Below, in pieces: positions 22,097-35,062 of a stretch of 64,000 nucleotides of DNA. Source of the DNA: Acanthaster planci. Lineage: Eukaryota. The notes under the pieces were generated by a model. It was not told the DNA's origin. It saw only the letters and a program-made list of their open reading frames with translations, and made no database searches. The position numbers were made by a program, and so were the translations under genes. The stretch covers positions 620,961-684,960 of the forward strand of contig NW_019091358.1 of assembly GCF_001949145.1 (NCBI RefSeq), given 5' to 3'. How positions within the stretch are numbered: the first letter of the stretch is position 1; every line of letters starts with the position of its first letter.

Positions 22097-25000
22097 CTGC
22101 GCAAAAACCGAATTGAGGGCTTTCTCTTTGTCTTTAAAATTTGAGTTGTAAACCAAGTGATAAATAAACGATTCGCGTTGTTCTTTTGTCTTAGGCTTAA
22201 CAGATTGCTTAGCTCGCTCGAAGTCAGTTGCTTTAAATCCTCTAATCCTCGATATATAGTGCCCGTAAGCTAACGTATCAACCCCGTCTGATAATATATA
22301 GCGCTTTGTGTCTAACGGCGAGAGGCTCAACTTATTTTGCGACACGGTGAATACCTGATGTTTGTCTGATCTAAATAGTTGCTGTTTATTGAAATGCTGC
22401 TTCCGTTCAAATAAGCAACTTTTATACATATCGTGGGTTAGGTCTTTTTAAGTTACTACCTTTGTCACGCCTTTCGCCTTCTTTAAATTTTGATCGGTAG
22501 TTAAGATCGAATACTTTTTCGGACGTATGCAAACGACCTCTGAAATTGTTTGGCCACCAAATTCGTCTTTCATTTTCCAAATGACTTTTTTATTTTTTGA
22601 ATCGTAAAGTTGATGATCGGGCGGGTAATTACTAAAGTCAAATAATTTACGCTTTTTACTCAAATAGCCGTTTAAATCGTCAGTTTGAATCTGAACGAGT
22701 AAACTATCCGTATCCGTGTAAAGTAAATTTACCTTTTCATCAAAATTTGATTTTAGTTCGTTGTAGTAGAAATCGTACAGTAAAGTTTTAGATAGATCGA
22801 GCCCGCTTACTCCGCAATAGATCGGCTTGTTTAGCTTGGTCTTTACGCGATACATTTCCACAAATGAAAGATCGCACTCTTTGAACGGCACGGTTGAAGA
22901 AATCTTCTCGAAATAATCAGACTAGGCCAATTTGCGCAATTCGGTGAATTTGTCGATGTAGCTTTTCATCCAAGGCCATTGTTTAAACGACATGACGCGA
23001 TGCACCTCTTTTAACTGAAGGCTGAGTTCCAGGTACTTTTGCAACGTATGTTCCGGATCATTATATCCGCATGGCCCATTGTGTCCGCAAACTTTTTCCG
23101 GACCATTATGTCCCATTGTGTCCGCAGGCCCATTATGTCCCATTGTGTCCGCAGGCCCATTATGTCCGCCCCATTGTGTCCGCAGGCCCATTATATCCGC
23201 CCCCATTGTGTCCGCGGGCCCATTATGTCCGCCTCATTGTGTCCGCAGGCCCATTATGTCCGGTCCATTGTGTCCGCAGGCCCATTACGTCAGCCCCATT
23301 GAGTCCGCAGGATGCGATTGTTAATTAATAAAGTCTCAGGTATTTTTTTTCAAAAGCTTTCCTTAAATTCCTTGCAGGTATTTAAATGTGTGCTGTTGTT
23401 TTTCCACAACAGCTCAGTGTTGGGTCATGTTCCTAATGAAAAATGAAACAATGAAACAAAAGTTTACTTATTCTGGGTCAAAATAATTCTGTGCAGATTA
23501 CTTAGTGCACAATTCCTTGTAATGTGTTTCATGGAAATGTACATACATGTAGATAGCAAATGCAATTCATGAGAAAAAGCTTTACTTTTATGAGTAAGTG
23601 TGAGTTTGTTTTTGCATTCAATTGGGGACCCTGAACAATAGAGGACAATAAGGTTCCCGATTCACATAGGGTCCCGAATAAAAATTGTGCACAAAACATA
23701 TGAGTGGTCTTTTAAAAGAGTTGAAGTAAACCAGAAGAGGAACAATAGGGGGTCCCCAGTTGCAGGCAAATACACACGTACATGTGTGTGTGGGTGTATA
23801 TGGAAGGGGCGTAACAAGTCGCCCTACACGTATGTTTCAGCCCTATTCATCGTGTGGAAATTAACGACTTCGACCGTGGGAGACGGTTACTTGACCCACA
23901 GGCCGGACCCTCGTGAACCATACGGATATGTCCTTAGCAACTTGCCAATCCTCTGTTGAGCCTTCTCGTTTTGAAGACTTCTTTGCACAAAGTTAATAAA
24001 CGGATTGAAACTCTTTGTATGTGCCCCAGACAGAAGGCTTAAATCGAATAAAACACTACAGAACTGGGAAAAGAAACCCGACATAAGTTTGAAATTTAGC
24101 CTCAAAGTTGTTGCTAGGATGATAAATTATGTTCATTTTCAATCGATCACTTCGTCTTTTTCCACAAAATTTCTCAATTTTAGAAGTTCTCCCAAAACAG
24201 TGAGACACTGCATACGACAGGCCAGAATCTCAACCACACGGTACAATCAGTTCTATGTACATGCAGCTATATATTTTGGTTCGACTTCCATGAGTTATAT
24301 TTGATACTTCCGCGCACGGCGATCTGTCCGTGTTTTATATGCTCAAAACCGATCCAGTATACTGCGAGTTGTTCCCGCGTAGTGCAAGTGCATGTACAGG
24401 TGCAAGGAAATTCTCGACCGTTGGAGCAAGTGTACATGTTCGTGAGGTTCATGCTCGCATAGTACATATAAAACTAAGGATATATTTAGTTCTTAACCGT
24501 AGTAAAAGTAAAGAAACTGAAACCTGTCAAGCCAGTTCATATTCTGTTTAATGTGTTCTTCAAAGTTAATAACCGTTGCAGGTTGAAGCATATCAAGGTT
24601 CAGTATTAATTTCACATCAAGTTTGCAATCGTATTCGGCGGTTGCAACTTTCATTTTGAGAACATTTTATACTTCAGAATTTTAAACTTTAGAACTATTC
24701 TTTGGGATCGAAAATATCATTTGCACCACCATTTTCCCTTATTGTTGGCTGTAATCATTGCTGGTTTTAGTCTCATTCGAGCCTGTCTGGTGAGCGAATG
24801 TTTAAAATGTTCAAAGTGTTGACTTATGGAGTAGTACTGATATTTAAAATTTCATAATTATAAATCCGAAACGAAGGCAGGGAAAGGAAGTATTCCTGGG
24901 TTTTAGCGTCTTGTTGTCCTGAGCTAGAGAGGTTTGAAAAGTAAAAATAACTAACCTTACTGATCAAGTTCAATGTTTTCATGTGGTTATAAAGAAAAAT

Positions 25001-28000
25001 GGTTCAATTTACAAAACTGAAACCTATTACATCTGCTATGTATAGTCAGCACAGATTCTGGAGTTTGTTCGTTTGAAAAGCTGATAACCGATGTAACGAA
25101 AATTCAGTCTGATTCGATTGCAGTTTGTGTTCATATTTTGGGGTTTTCAATTGTAGTTCATTTTCTGGTATGCTGTGTACTCTTTACGTATTTGCCCACT
25201 TTCAGAAATGTTCTTGTGCACTCACATATATTATTTGCAACCAAGTTTTCCGTTGCTATTAGCCTTGCTTTAATACTGTTCTTAGTCTCAATAAAACGTG
25301 CCAGTTAACACATTACTCTTAAAATGTTTGAACATTGGTTCACCTCAGCGTTATTAGTCAGCTAAGGTTCTCCGTTTTAATTAAAGGATCCATGAAATGA
25401 GATTTACTTGGAAGCACTTTTAGTGTATCTCTGCACTCTTCTTTGATGTATGAAGACTGTTTGACATCTTTTTTGAGTTGCATCAGTTACACAATAAAAA
25501 CATTTAAAATTGACCGAGCATTTGCAACATTGAGATTGCCTTCAGTGCAATCACAGGTTTCCTTATGAATGTGCAAATTGCATTAAAACTTTTTTAAAAA
25601 ATCAAAAATATGGGTTAAAATTGCCAAAACATTTTCACCAGTTTGATTGAAACCCAAGGTGCAATTTCAAGGGTTTTATTAAAATATTTCTGTGATGATC
25701 CCTCTAAGCGTGCACAATGCAAAAACTGTCCAAACAAATGTATACGAAAGACTGACAGTTTGCGAAAACGATTATTAGTTTCACTTGTGTGACTGGCCCA
25801 TCACTGTCATCCCCTCCCTGAATATTCAGACAGAAAATGAATCATTCATATGTACAACCAGTATGTTCCATGTCAGTATAGAGGATACTGAATTGCATTT
25901 AAGACATGTTGCCGAAAGGATGGGCCAGCGGACACAATGGGGCGGACATAATGGGCCTGCAGACACAATGGGGCGGACATAATGGGCCTGCAGACACAAC
26001 GGGGCGGACATTATGGGCCTGCGGACACAATGGGGCAGACATCATTTATGGGCCTGCGGACAGAATGGGGCAGACATAATGGGCCTGAAAGAGTCTGCGG
26101 ACAAAATGGGCCATGCGGACATAATGGTCCGGAACAAAGGTACGATAATGAATTACGTATTTATGTTTGGTGCCTAAAGTGACCACGAGTTTGTCTACCG
26201 AGGTTACTTGCTCTCCGTTGCTAATTTTGTTGATAGCTTGAAAACTATTCATTGGGAATTGACATATTTTTGGGCGCAAGTGGGAAGTCGTTGTGTTTGT
26301 CGTGTAGGTGTTGCGGGTAGTCTAAAGTCGCTTCAAACATGTAACCACGCGTGTCTTCGGCTCGTAACTTAGAGATAAACTTGGAAGTAAATTTGTCTAA
26401 CTTTTTAGCCACTGAAACTCACATACGGGTAACGATTGACTCATGGCCCAGCCGTGTATGTATGACTCCGGTTGATTTGGGTCGTAGTCAGGTAGGCCCG
26501 GGTTGTTCGCCTTTGCATATCGCTTTGCACCCACGCTAGAGATACAGTACCTCCTCTTTTTGCCCTTTCAAAGAACAAGTGCTTGTCTATGTCTGTCAGC
26601 AGTTCCAGTTTAAAACCCGTGTGCTTCAACAAAGCATCCCACGACAGGCCCGGTGACGTGCAATAGTTAGCCGGGTCAAGGCCGTAGTTCCGTGTACAGA
26701 CTTTACTGAAGTTCTCAAAAACACCCGCTAGCAATAACACGTCCGTTACCACGTATAGGTCGTGGAAGTTACCTAGGTTTTTACAACCAAAAGTATGCCA
26801 TACTGCTTCTGCACGAACGTATTCTTGCTCCGTCACTGTGGACTGTCTCAAAGTGCTATAAAACGCGTCTCTAGGCGGTAGGCTTGTTCCTCAAATCGGT
26901 CAAAGGAGTCTATGTATTCGTAAGGGTAAATTCCCTTTTCTAACAATAAATTTGTATTTTCTGGAAACCTTTCGCGAAGTAAATAAAAATTATCGGGTGA
27001 ACAATGAATGAAATGAATGACTCTAAGAACCTGAGTTGGCCAAAGGAAAAAGAAATGTATTTCTTTCCCGTTAAACTCGTGAGCGCCCTGCATGATTAAG
27101 TGCGCGTCATATTTCTCGAGATTATGTAAAATAACCGGAATGGGTGTTTGATTCGGGACGACTCTTTACTTGAGATTACAACTGGCGTGCGCGGGTACGG
27201 GCCTTAATACTTCCCAGTCACGTGACTGTGATCTCTGACCTTTCTAAATTTGTTGAGGGGCTTTGTACACGTCATACATAACAAGTCTCTGAACCCAGCT
27301 TCGTTTGCAGAACTGTAAACAGCTTTTTCGTCCTTTGTTTTTGGTTCATTTGGAAATGGGCAGTGACACTGAGATTCTTTTGTCTTGCCGAGAAGGTTTT
27401 CACAGATCCAGCAGCGGTTACAATTTTCGTAGATTTTTGTAACTCAGGTGACCAGACCAACGGCTCTTTGTTTTTAAACGTTTCATTCATTTGTTTAACT
27501 TCTCTGGAAAGCGACTGCACAAATTTAACCACCGCGTCTTTACCTCTATAAATCTCGCGTGAAGTGCACTTAATCCCGTCGCATCTGACGACCGCGTATC
27601 ATGATAGCCGCAAGACTTATGGATTTGTGTTTTGACTTTGTGTGTCTTTGTATCTGTTGGCAGTAATTTTTGACTCAAAGTCAGCGTAAATGACAAAAGG
27701 TGCATCTTGATTGTTCTTGTAATTTTCAAATTGTAAAATATTGTTACCTTCGGCGGGTAATTCGACTTTACAGGGAGCCGCATCTAACCCTTGACAATCT
27801 TCTTTGTGCCCGCTTGACTTTTCTTCTGTTTGGAAGTGTGACATGCAGTTAAAGCACCAGTGTTTTGGGCCGTCGTGTTTATTAATATCACCCATCACAG
27901 AGAAAAGTTTTTAATCTAACAATAGTGACTCTTTTCACCTTGGGAAAAATAAAGTAAATTGATCGGTTCACCTAAGCGTTTACTTTTGTAAAGAATGTAA

Positions 28001-28530
28001 AGACCGTCTTTTTTGTCATAACCAAACACGTTGATTGCTAAGTTGTTTTGCGATTTGATACGTGGGATCTGAGATATGGGTGTCGGAAAGCTTATGTTTG
28101 TAAAATTTAGATCGTCTGCTTCTGTGTAAGTCGAAGTGCGCTCGTTATTTATTCTAAATTTTGAATTCGTTTCCAACTGACTTTTCACGTAGTCTGAATA
28201 TAACTTTAAAGCCGCTCTAAGTGCCCATCTGATGCACTGCTGGTCGTTGTTTTGGACGAGTTTATGATTACTTTTTTGTGCCCCAATTGAGCAGGTAATG
28301 GAATGCTAGTCGCACCCACCGGGTTATATTTAACCACATTGATGTAAAAAGCGTCAACTTTATCAAAGATCCATCCCGATCCTCGTTGTGTATGAGCCTC
28401 CACGTCCTCTATCTGCTTTTGCCTCTGTTCAGCGAGTGCCTTTTTCACGTCGGCTTTATTTGCAACTAATTTATTTTCGCTCGGAAAGGTAAAAACGCCA
28501 AAGTCAGTTCGGGTTTTTCCAATCTAAACT
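22079..28530 (-). pseudogene. Protein-primed family B DNA polymerase (pPolB), fragmented and interrupted by a transposon at 23049-26140
   Basis: GSGWIFDKV (N-terminal domain), FVIYADFES (ExoI), VRDHSHVTGKY, IxHNLEKYDAH (ExoII), KGIYPYEYIDS, HDLYVVTDVLLL (ExoIII), YGLDPANYCTSPGLSWDALLK, LLYTDTDSL (motif C), KAKGV, LSPLDTKRYIL...AYGHY. Confidence 0.95.
23049..26140. mobile_element. Non-autonomous foldback-type DNA transposon with modular, tandem-repeat TIRs and TA target duplication
   Basis: TA at 23047-48 and 26141-42; removing the element restores PolB HYR-TLQK. The ends (23049-23310 and ~25920-26140) are inverted arrays of CCCATTGTGTCCGCAGGCCCATTATGTCC(GC) units. Confidence 0.9.
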
Positions 28531-29211
28531 GCACTTTTAAGGCCGTTTATGATGACAAAGAACAAATGTGTGAAGTTTGAAGCTGATGACGTCTTCACAC
28601 CGGAAGTTACAACGAAAAGACCTTTCATAATTTGTCTGTACATATTTTTAAGTATGAATTGTAATGATTCCTCTAAATGGCATAATCTCTACTGATGGAT
28701 ATCAGATTAAATAAATAAAATAAAACTGCTTAAAAACAATCTTGTCACATTCAGTCTTGAGTTGCCAATCTACTGAAAGAATTAGCCTTTTAAACAGTTT
28801 TATGTAGGCCTACAATTTACAGTTTAACACACAACATTCCAAATTAAATGCAGACATGCATAAAATAAGCCCTTCTCTTTGACGTATGTTTAGACCGCAT
28901 CGTTTATTTGTAGCAATGATTATGAAGCGCCGTAACGTAATGCAGTAGCGATAAGGTCTTTGGATTAAATATTACAATTGAGTCCCCTGGCTTTGGTAGC
29001 GGCTGGTTTACATACGCATGCATGTGGACTCTGTGTGTAATACGTACATCATTTCCAGAAAAAAACCGAGGGTAAGAATAAATAAATAATAAAAAAGAAA
29101 AAACCCGTCGCGTCGCCGCACCACGTTTGGAGCCAGCGCCTGACCAGAAACCGGAGACTTTTTTGGGACTAAATTGCTTATAGCCGTGTTATAATCACAT
29201 GTGCGACATTA

Positions 29212-29480
29212 TGGGGAGTCAGGTTGGTGTAGTGGTCCTTTCCTCGCCTTTCGTGTCTACAGTCCGGGTTCGAATCCCGGCCCGGTCCACATGTGGATTG
29301 GGTTGTCAGTCCCTACCTGATTCCGTGGGATTTACCCAGAATATTCCTCTGAGGTTCCCCCCCCACCTCAAAAATTGTAACTGTTTCTCATTGTCTCCTC
29401 TCTACAGGTTTCTTCAGGCTTGCAAGCTACAGTGGCTAGGGCACTTTTGAGGAATCCTTGGTGTCTTTTATACCAGAAAG
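29212..29480 (+). mobile_element. tRNA-derived SINE, family B
   Basis: A-box TGGTGTAGTGG, B-box GGTTCGAATCC; homologous to the inverted copy at ~46500-46783. Confidence 0.8.
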
Positions 29481-30009
29481 TAATATAGAATATAAGTATT
29501 AATATGTAATAAAAGAACAATTGAAATTGCACAGAAACAAAATAAACAGGAAAGCTGGAACAAAATACTACTGTGAATTAGACCTAGGTAGGTTTTTATA
29601 TACTTGTGTTACATAGGGAGTGCTAACATTCCTTTATTCTCCTTTGGTTAAGAAAACTCAGATCAAAGCTCCTTTTTCTTCCGCTATGATAACTCCGTCT
29701 TTTTTTCTTTTTCTTTTTTAGACGTTTATTTAATGTTGTTCATACCATGGTTATAGAGTAGAAGATGAAATACGCTTTACAATAGTTTGCCTTAGAATGT
29801 ACAATGTCAAGCAGAAAGATAAAGCATACGTTAAAGAACAACATTTAGGTAAAGGGTGAAGCACAGATTCGCTTTTGTACCCTAACCTATTGACAGACAT
29901 ACATATTATAACATAGGACAATACAAGACATGAATATGTTTGTGGCAGTGATACACATACGGACAAACACTGACAGGCAGGAGATAATACAATGCATCAA
30001 AATGCAATT

Positions 30010-30420
30010 CTAGTCGGTACAGGTGATGTATTCAGAAAATACTAGATATTTCAACTTTAGAGCAAATGTTAATAAAGTGGGCGTTGCTTTCATAATTTCA
30101 TTTAGGCTATTACTATTTAGTACTAGACTATTTTTGTGTAATGAAGTTCTATTGGTATCAACATATAATTTCTTTTGAGAGGTACTTCTGGTATGATATG
30201 AGTGAACATTTGAGGTAAGTCTAAAGTATGATTTAAAATACAGCGGCAGCTTATCATTCATACATTTATCCAAAATTTACGCAACTGATATTTATAAAAG
30301 TCGAATACCTTTAGCACTTTATGTTTTGAGAACAATGGGGCCGTGTGGTCGTAATATCCAGCATGAGAAATTATTCAGACAGCATGTTTTTGTAAGATGT
30401 ACAATCGGTCACAATTTGAT
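30010..30420 (-). mobile_element. 3' remnant of a CR1/L2/Crack-type LINE ORF2
   Basis: Degenerate translation RLYILQKHAV..ISHAGYYDHTAPLFSKHKVLKVFD...YFRLTSNVHSYHTRS, typical of the RT C-terminal region of these clades. Confidence 0.7.
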
Positions 30421-31486
30421 AAAGAACCCCCCCCCATGGAATCACCGGAATGTAATTCGGAAGCATTCGTAAGACCGAAACAAAGCGAGAGTTGACAAGC
30501 ATCTGAAGCATGCTTTCATTAGTTGTTTTGAATTACAAAGGAGCATTACAATAGCTGGACTTTTAATGATGAGGTGGACTTTTTGAGCTGGACTTTTGAT
30601 GATGATTCCTGCATTTCGCCACAGATTACCCAGACCCAAAAATGCCTGTGAAGCTGTTCTTCAGAGAGAAGAAAACACTTTCCGCCCAAAAGGAGTCCAC
30701 ATGAATATTCTATGGATTTCTTTTGTGTGGAGGTCCCGCCACGCCATTGTGTGCCCTACTTGCACGCACTAATGTGCAAGTACACAAAAATTATAAAAAC
30801 ATTTAGCAAAATTCCTGTCTAGAAAGAGTGAAAGGGCCTTTGCCCTATGTTTGATTAATCCAATCACCATAAAGAAAACGATCATGATAAAAACCACTGT
30901 GAAGGGTAAAATTAATACATGGCTAATGATAGAGTCTACGTTTACAGTCTTGAATACACGCGTTTAAGTATGACTTTTAGGGAGGAAAACGGTGCTACAA
31001 AATATCTTTAATCATGAACTATACGTACCAATATTTTGTGGACAAAGTTCCTCGATGAATTGGTCGATATATTATCAGTACCTGCGAAACTCTCTCTTTC
31101 AGAATGTCATGCTTCTGCACGGTTTTAACATCCCGAAAGCAAGCAACGGGCCTATGCCTATCTATATACGTGTCCACATAGGCCTGCATGGAGTAGTTCA
31201 AGCGGAATATGCATTCAAAAGAATATGTCATTCATAGGTCACAGTCATAGCTTCAATACTGCCCATTTTGTCAGCGAGTTCTTGCATGATTGGATATCTA
31301 ATGCATATACAATGCATTAGGTATTGCCAATGTGAGGGATGTCATGCGTATCTTACATATAATTGTGAGTATGCTGGTGTGTAGCAACAGCGCCACCATG
31401 CGGTGGCAGGGGCATTCCTCATGTTTGCCGTCGCCTCCGCTGTTGGCCTGTCTACCGCTGAAATTTAAATAGCAATAACAACAGTA

Positions 31487-33848
31487 TGGTGTACTATTTA
31501 CGACAAATATTTCTCTCTCTCTTTAGCCTCCATCCGGGCGACGCAACCAAACGACGCGACGGCACGACGGTTCCCTTGCGTCGTGCCGTCGGGTCGCACC
31601 GTCGCCTTCTTGCCATTACGTTTGTACACACACGACGCGTCGCGTCGTGCGTCGCGTCGTGCCGTCGCCCGTTGCGTCGTGCTACTTTAGGTATTTTCCA
31701 TGTTGCATTTTTTGCCGCCTAAACGTCGCCCCTTCCGTCGCCCGTCGCGTCGTGCTGTCGTGCGTCGCGTCGTACATTGTGTCGAGCATCGCGTCGCCTG
31801 AAGCACGATGCGACGCACGACACGACGCACGACGCGACGCGTCGTGTGCTATTGCCCTTTACTTCATGGTGTTTATAGAGGGTGCCTTTACTGTTTTCTT
31901 TCACCTTTCTTGCAAAGTACATGCTATTCGCTCTTTGGTGTTGATTTTTCATTGTTTTTTATCTCATCGATTCATTAATTGGGATTAATTTCAGTCATAT
32001 TTTATTGAAAGAAATGATAAATGTGGACAAGAAAATCCGAATAAATAGGAACTGCTTTCTCAAAATAAGTGGAAACTGCAAGCTCAGAATTCGTCACTCC
32101 TTAATTTCCCAGTCAATGATTTCTTTTGTTTTCTCTAATCTCCGTCCAACACGCTTGCAAAATACATGCCCTGAGCCGCAGGCGTTGATTTTTTNNNNNN
32201 NNNNNNNNNNNNNNNNNNNNNNNNNNNNNNNNNNNNNNNNNNNNNNNNNNNNNNNNNNNNNNNNNNNNNNNNNNNNNNNNNNNNNNNNNNNNNNNNNNNN
32301 NNNNNNNNNNNNNNNNNNNNNNNNNNNNNNNNNNNNNNNNNNNNNNNNNNNNNNNNNNNNNNNNNNNNNNNNNNNNNNNNNNNNNNNNNNNNNNNNNNNN
32401 NNNNNNNNNNNNNNNNNNNNNNNNNNNNNNNNNNNNNNNNNNNNNNNNNNNNNNNNNNNNNNNNNNNNNNNNNNNNNNNNNNNNNNNNNNNNNNNNNNNN
32501 NNNNNNNNNNNNNNNNNNNNNNNNNNNNNNNNNNNNNNNNNNNNNNNNNNNNNNNNNNNNNNNNNNNNNNNNNNNNNNNNNNNNNNNNNNNNNNNNNNNN
32601 NNNNNNNNNNNNNNNNNNNNNNNNNNNNNNNNNNNNNNNNNNNNNNNNNNNNNNNNNNNNNNNNNNNNNNNNNNNNNNNNNNNNNNNNNNNNNNNNNNNN
32701 NNNNNNNNNNNNNNNNNNNNNNNNNNNNNNNNNNNNNNNNNNNNNNNNNNNNNNNNNNNNNNNTCCGTGCCAGCAGTTTCCAAGTAGTTCTCTGTGGTCC
32801 GTGCCAGCAGTTTCCAAGTAGTTCTCTCACTCCTCCAGACAACTTGTCTACAATTGTACGACCGCAAGTTTGAGCACGGGTTTAGGTAATTACCATCCAG
32901 TCTGCACTATATTATTACACTCAGAATATTCAGTCTTCAGTCTTCTTCTAATTTAGTCTGCCTCGTTAACTTCATCAGCACCACACTTTCAATGACATTA
33001 GTCCGCCAACGTGTTTTTTATTAAAACACTGTAGATCCTGCTACCGTTGTGACGGTGTCTTTTCTTCCTCTCTGTTTGGCCTCGCGCTTAATTAATTTCT
33101 CATCAGATCTGCATGTTACATTTCTGCAAGCACGTAATACTGATTGACGTATTGTATCTTAGAATGTATTTACAATATTTATTAGAAAAATCACCATCAG
33201 ATTAGGAGAAGCTAAAAACATTGTTGTGGCTGACGTTAATGTTATATATTTCCTGGAGACAATGCCGATTAGTCGCGAAACTCTTTCTGATTACATTTGA
33301 TTTAAAAAAGAAAAAGGAAAAGAGTTTTCTTCAACAAATCACTCTTGATGAAAACACATAGTTAGAAAGAATCCACGAAAAAGAACAACAGAATCATGGC
33401 CTGGTACCTATGGCATGTACTGTGCAAGCACGGGTCGGGGGAAGGAAATGAAAGAAAACAGTAAAGGCGCCCTCTATAAACACCATGAAGCAAAGCTCGA
33501 CAGCACACGACGCGTCGCGTCGTGCGTCGTGTCGTGCGTCGCGTCGTGCTCCAGGCGACGCAATACACGACACGATGCACGACGCAACGCACGACAGCTC
33601 GACGCGACGGGCGACGGAAGGGGCGACGTTTAGGCGGCAAAAAATGCAACATGGAAAGGACCTAAAGTAGCACGACGCGACGGGCGACGGCACGACGCGT
33701 CGTGTGTGTACAAAAGTAATGGCAAGAAGGCGAAGGTGCGATCTGACGGCACGACGCAAGGGAGCCGTCGTGCCGTCGCGTCGTCTGGTTGCGTTGCCTG
33801 GAGGGAGGCTAAAGAGAGAGAGAAATGTTTGTCGTAAATAGTACACCA
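31487..33848. mobile_element. Non-autonomous DNA transposon with ~430-bp CGACG/CGTCG-rich TIRs and TA duplication
   Basis: TA|TGGTGTACTATTTACGACAAA ... TTTGTCGTAAATAGTACACCA|TA; an internal 34-bp tandem repeat runs into the N gap. Confidence 0.88.
32195..32763. other. Assembly gap (N run)
   Basis: Run of N. Confidence 1.
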
Positions 33849-34619
33849 TACAACAGCAGAGATCCGAGCACAGGGTGTTCTGGTGTGCCTGGTCATGCGC
33901 ACCCCCCACCAGATAGCGCCCCTCCCACACTAATACCGTATTACTTAACAGTACTGTTTACAGTCTGTGTAAATTTTGACCTCAGTTTGCATGAATTGTC
34001 AACACATGGAGCGTTGTGACCTCAAGTTGCATGTCGACGCGTGGAGCGTTGTTACTTTGGTCAAGTAATGTTGCGATTTTTCAGTCTTTACGCAAGCATT
34101 CGACATTATTTTGACTTTGTATGCTGTGTGATTTGTGGATGTAGTTTTTCATATAGAATAATCATCCATTACCTGTAAGGTCAACGTTAAAATGAAAAAA
34201 AAAATTTCATGTTTCAACCATGATTTACATCAGCGGGTCCAGTCATTACGTAAACACACCATATACGAGTTTAAACTAAGTAAACTCGGATTCCTGGATA
34301 CAAGGGAATCGTACCCTTATACGCAATTATTACACTTCAGCATCACACACACATTTATTTCCTGCCATGGCAGAAATATAATGATAAAACAAGTCTAAAA
34401 GACACATATATGCCAGAAGAGGTGGCAACACCTTAAAAGCAAAGCTTGTGTTAGGCATGCCCTTAAACAAAACATACATACATATTAATATAAGACACAA
34501 CAAATAATTGTAGCTCTAAGCAATTATAGAGTAAATGTTGAAGATGGACTATGTAAAGAAAAGGTTAAGTTAATTTTCATGGCTGCGAATATGATCAGAA
34601 GTAGTCATTGTGACAATGA

Positions 34620-35062
34620 AAATTATATTGGTTTACATGAGAAAGATCTTAAGTTGCCGCTTAAAGATGGTATATGATCTTGAAAATCTTCGTGAGGATG
34701 GTAGAGTATTCCAAAGTTTGGGACCAGAGTATTTAATGTTAAATTGATGGGCAGAAGTTCTGTGTTGCGGTATCTGAAAATGAAGCTTGGTTGACGAACG
34801 AGTGTTGTATTTATGCAAGCCACAGTTAAATACAAACATGTTTGGATCTTTTACGGGCATCAAATTATTTTTTAAATTTATACATAAATAACACTTGTTG
34901 ATATTTGTTTGTAATACTTAAGTATTTGAGCTCACATTACAGGGGTTGATTGTGGGCCCTATAAGGCGAATTTGTGATAATTCGAACGACATTTTTCTGC
35001 AGATTTATTAGTTTAGATAGATTTGCAGGGAATGTATTCCCCCAGACAATATTACAATAAGA
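34620..35062 (-). mobile_element. 3' remnant of a CR1/L2/Crack-type LINE ORF2
   Basis: YCNIVWGNTFPANLSKLINLQKNVVRIITNS...HKYNTRSSTKLH...FNIKYSGPKLWNTLP. Confidence 0.75.

Larger units (their letters stand above)
15465..28530. mobile_element. Degraded endogenous Polinton/Maverick (adintovirus-like) element, truncated at both ends
   Basis: Intronless, tightly packed ORFs and ORF remnants for pPolB, rve integrase, packaging ATPase and probable major capsid protein; many frameshifts and stops; no terminal inverted repeats seen. Confidence 0.93.

Noticed and set aside
23039..23328. Repetitive ORFs and regularly spaced repeats (CRISPR-like or repeat protein)
   Set aside because: These are tandem units without unique spacers and are mirrored at 25920-26140, so they are transposon TIRs; there are no cas genes and the DNA is eukaryotic.
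30420..30750. Possible minus-strand exon or ORF remnant
   Set aside because: Stops in the candidate frames, no clear donor and no recognisable motif.
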